Source: a virus (Duplodnaviria > Caudoviricetes). Taken from it: a stretch of DNA of 25,011 bases. The stretch covers positions 1 to 25,011 of the IMG/VR virus record IMGVR_UViG_3300031689_000051, one strand, 5' to 3'. Of the stretch, positions 23,304 through 25,011 are shown in pieces (the stretch's first letter is position 1; every line of letters begins with the position of its first letter). The position numbers and the translations under genes are program-made. The notes beneath the pieces are model-generated. The model ran no database searches. It was given only the letters and a program-made list of their open reading frames with translations, and was not told where the DNA came from.

Positions 23304-25011
23304 TTTTCATCTTCCCATACTTTAACACCTTGAAATTCTGTTGCAACTAAATCTCTAGCATCTCTTACTGTCATTCCAGTTGCCTTTCTTAATTCTTCAA
23401 CTGTTTTTGTTTTCTTCCAATCATAGTCCATTGCGGTTTGGAAAGTGTTCTTTACAATTTCAAAGTTTGCTGGTGTGATACCTTTAGGGTAGGCAGATTT
23501 CTTACTCATTGAACTTCCACTTGTTGGACTACCTTGTCCAGTACCACCAATGTCAGATGGTCGTGGGTTGTGTGGTTCTCCTTCAAATGCTTGTTGATCT
23601 TCTTTAGGAGCAGGCTTTCCTTTACCTGCACCGTTCTGGTTTCCATTGATGGCACCAATACCAAACATCATCTCTGCTGTCAAAGCAGTTTCCTTGCTTA
23701 CCTTAAACTCACCTGTGTGGGTTCTGGTAATGTCAAAGCCCATCTGTTGAAGCATCATCATGTTCTGTATTTCAACTCCGTCCTGTTGCAAGTCTCTAAG
23801 TTTGTCAGTGTCCTCACCAGTTTTTAATTGTAATTCCCAATCATCAATGTTAAGCATCTTGCTGATTTTACTAAAGAATGCTTTCTTTAGAATGTCCTGT
23901 CCGAACTTTACTGCTCTGTTTGTGATGGTTACTTGCAGTCCTTCTTGACTCCATCCAGCAGGGGTTTCACCGTAATAGAAAGGTAGTACACCGTAGACAG
24001 CACCGATAATCATTCTTAGTTCTTTTCTTACTTCAATAAATTCTAACTCTTTAAGGGAACCAGTAAAGTCCAACCATTGGGCAGGGTTCTTTCCACCCTT
24101 GTCATTCTCTACTAATAGGGGGTGAATCATGTAAGGATCTTCTTGTGCTTTCTGTTCTAATACATCCCATGACTTTTTGAATGTGTCATAGTTTCTTGAA
24201 GAGATAACTAACATACCACGTGGTGGTCTCATTTTATCAAAGTACTTTCTGATATACTCATCCATGTGGGATAGGGACATAGCCTTACTCCATACGGAAT
24301 AGATAGGGGAAAATCCATACAATAAGTTTGGTTTGTACTTGCCTGCTTTCCAGATAATCTCACCTTCACCATAGATAACTCGTTTAGGTTGTGGGATACC
24401 GATAGAGTATACAGAGTTTACTTCGATAACTGCCTTTAGGGCTTCAGCACCACAGCGGTCACATTTCGGTTCAACCAATCTTGCATCCCTGTGCTCAAAT
24501 CGTGGACACACGAAAATTTTATTTCGCTTGTCATCATAGCCAATTCGTCCATCACTGTCCGCAATCATTGCCACCTGTGGTGGCTCGATCCTTAGCATTT
24601 CTTTTATAATTGTTTTCTCTTGGTCAATCTTTCCTGTAACATCGTCGATTTTATAATTTTTAAGTAAAAGTAAATATGCGTTATCTGCAATTTCAAAGTC
24701 TCTTTCCAATTGACGTGCTACGTCTTCCAAGGTCTGTTGGTTGGAGTTGACAGGCTCGTTCATCAAGTTCTCTAAAGTCTTGCGGTGTTCTGGAACAGGT
24801 CTAACTAAATCATTACTTCCACAGGTATCACATACTAGTGCATGTGCTGATGGAACATCTGCTGATTTCTTTTTGCGTGGGTGTGCTCCTCCACTATCAC
24901 CGTTGGCTTCGAATGGTTGCTCATCAGGGTTGTCAGCGGTAGGTGCGTATTGGAATTCCTTTGAACAGTTCATGCATTTGTATTTCCATTTCTCGACAAC
25001 TTCAAAGCCGT
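23300..25011 (-). CDS. Portal protein, 5' truncated by the window, with zinc-finger-like insertions
   Basis: Frame is open to the edge (GFEVVEKWKYKC precedes MNC); portal motifs LMNEPVN, DFEIADNAYL, LYGFSPI, YFDKMRPPRGML, ELEFIE...IGAVYGVLP. Confidence 0.9.
   Translation of the reverse strand, partial: GFEVVEKWKYKCMNCSKEFQYAPTADNPDEQPFEANGDSGGAHPRKKKSADVPSAHALVCDTCGSNDLVRPVPEHRKTLENLMNEPVNSNQQTLEDVARQLERDFEIADNAYLLLLKNYKIDDVTGKIDQEKTIIKEMLRIEPPQVAMIADSDGRIGYDDKRNKIFVCPRFEHRDARLVEPKCDRCGAEALKAVIEVNSVYSIGIPQPKRVIYGEGEIIWKAGKYKPNLLYGFSPIYSVWSKAMSLSHMDEYIRKYFDKMRPPRGMLVISSRNYDTFKKSWDVLEQKAQEDPYMIHPLLVENDKGGKNPAQWLDFTGSLKELEFIEVRKELRMIIGAVYGVLPFYYGETPAGWSQEGLQVTITNRAVKFGQDILKKAFFSKISKMLNIDDWELQLKTGEDTDKLRDLQQDGVEIQNMMMLQQMGFDITRTHTGEFKVSKETALTAEMMFGIGAINGNQNGAGKGKPAPKEDQQAFEGEPHNPRPSDIGGTGQGSPTSGSSMSKKSAYPKGITPANFEIVKNTFQTAMDYDWKKTKTVEELRKATGMTVRDARDLVATEFQGVKVWEDEK

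Larger units (their letters stand above)
1..25011 (-). mobile_element. Head-tail virus (Caudoviricetes, siphovirus-like) morphogenesis module, probably infecting an archaeon
   Basis: Canonical gene order portal-protease-capsid-adaptor-terminator-tube-chaperone-TMP-Dit-hub-fibres; no sheath gene; archaeal TATA boxes at fixed spacing; no recognisable peptidoglycan hydrolase. No integrase or att site here, so free virus versus provirus cannot be decided. Confidence 0.92.

Noticed and set aside
22937-23948. Plus-strand ORFs 22937..23242, 23534..23827 and 23760..23948
   Set aside because: Antisense to the portal and its coupled downstream genes, with no supporting signals.
24971-24973. ATG at 24973 as the portal start
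   Set aside because: The frame stays open to the window edge and this ATG falls inside a CxxC motif (CMNC).
1-25011. tRNA, rRNA, integrase, terminase, tail sheath, intein or intron
   Set aside because: None recognised; the intergenic gaps are too short for RNA genes. A terminase probably lies outside the window.

Overview
This window is the virion morphogenesis module of a head-tail (HK97-fold, non-contractile-tail) virus, encoded almost entirely on the minus strand. From right to left: portal (cut by the window edge), a cluster of small Cys-rich and membrane proteins with one divergent plus-strand gene pair, prohead protease-scaffold, major capsid protein, two small head-associated proteins, head-tail adaptor, neck protein, tail terminator, tail tube, tail assembly chaperone with a probable -1 frameshift extension, tape measure, Dit-like and hub-like proteins, then a modular fibre/adhesin region containing a flavin-dependent halogenase. 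Thirteen TATA-like boxes lie 20-24 nt before start codons, indicating archaeal-type leaderless transcription. An archaeal host is therefore inferred; a marine Nitrososphaeria host is my best guess and is not verified. Most notable: (1) repeated terminal motifs in the fibre genes that suggest a plug-and-socket branched adhesin system, (2) an intact halogenase cassette among the fibre genes, (3) one palindromic TATA box serving two divergent genes, (4) a likely internal promoter for a nested scaffold plus the capsid gene, and (5) several micro-ORFs missing from the ORF track. Product calls rest on motifs and gene order only; no database searches were run.
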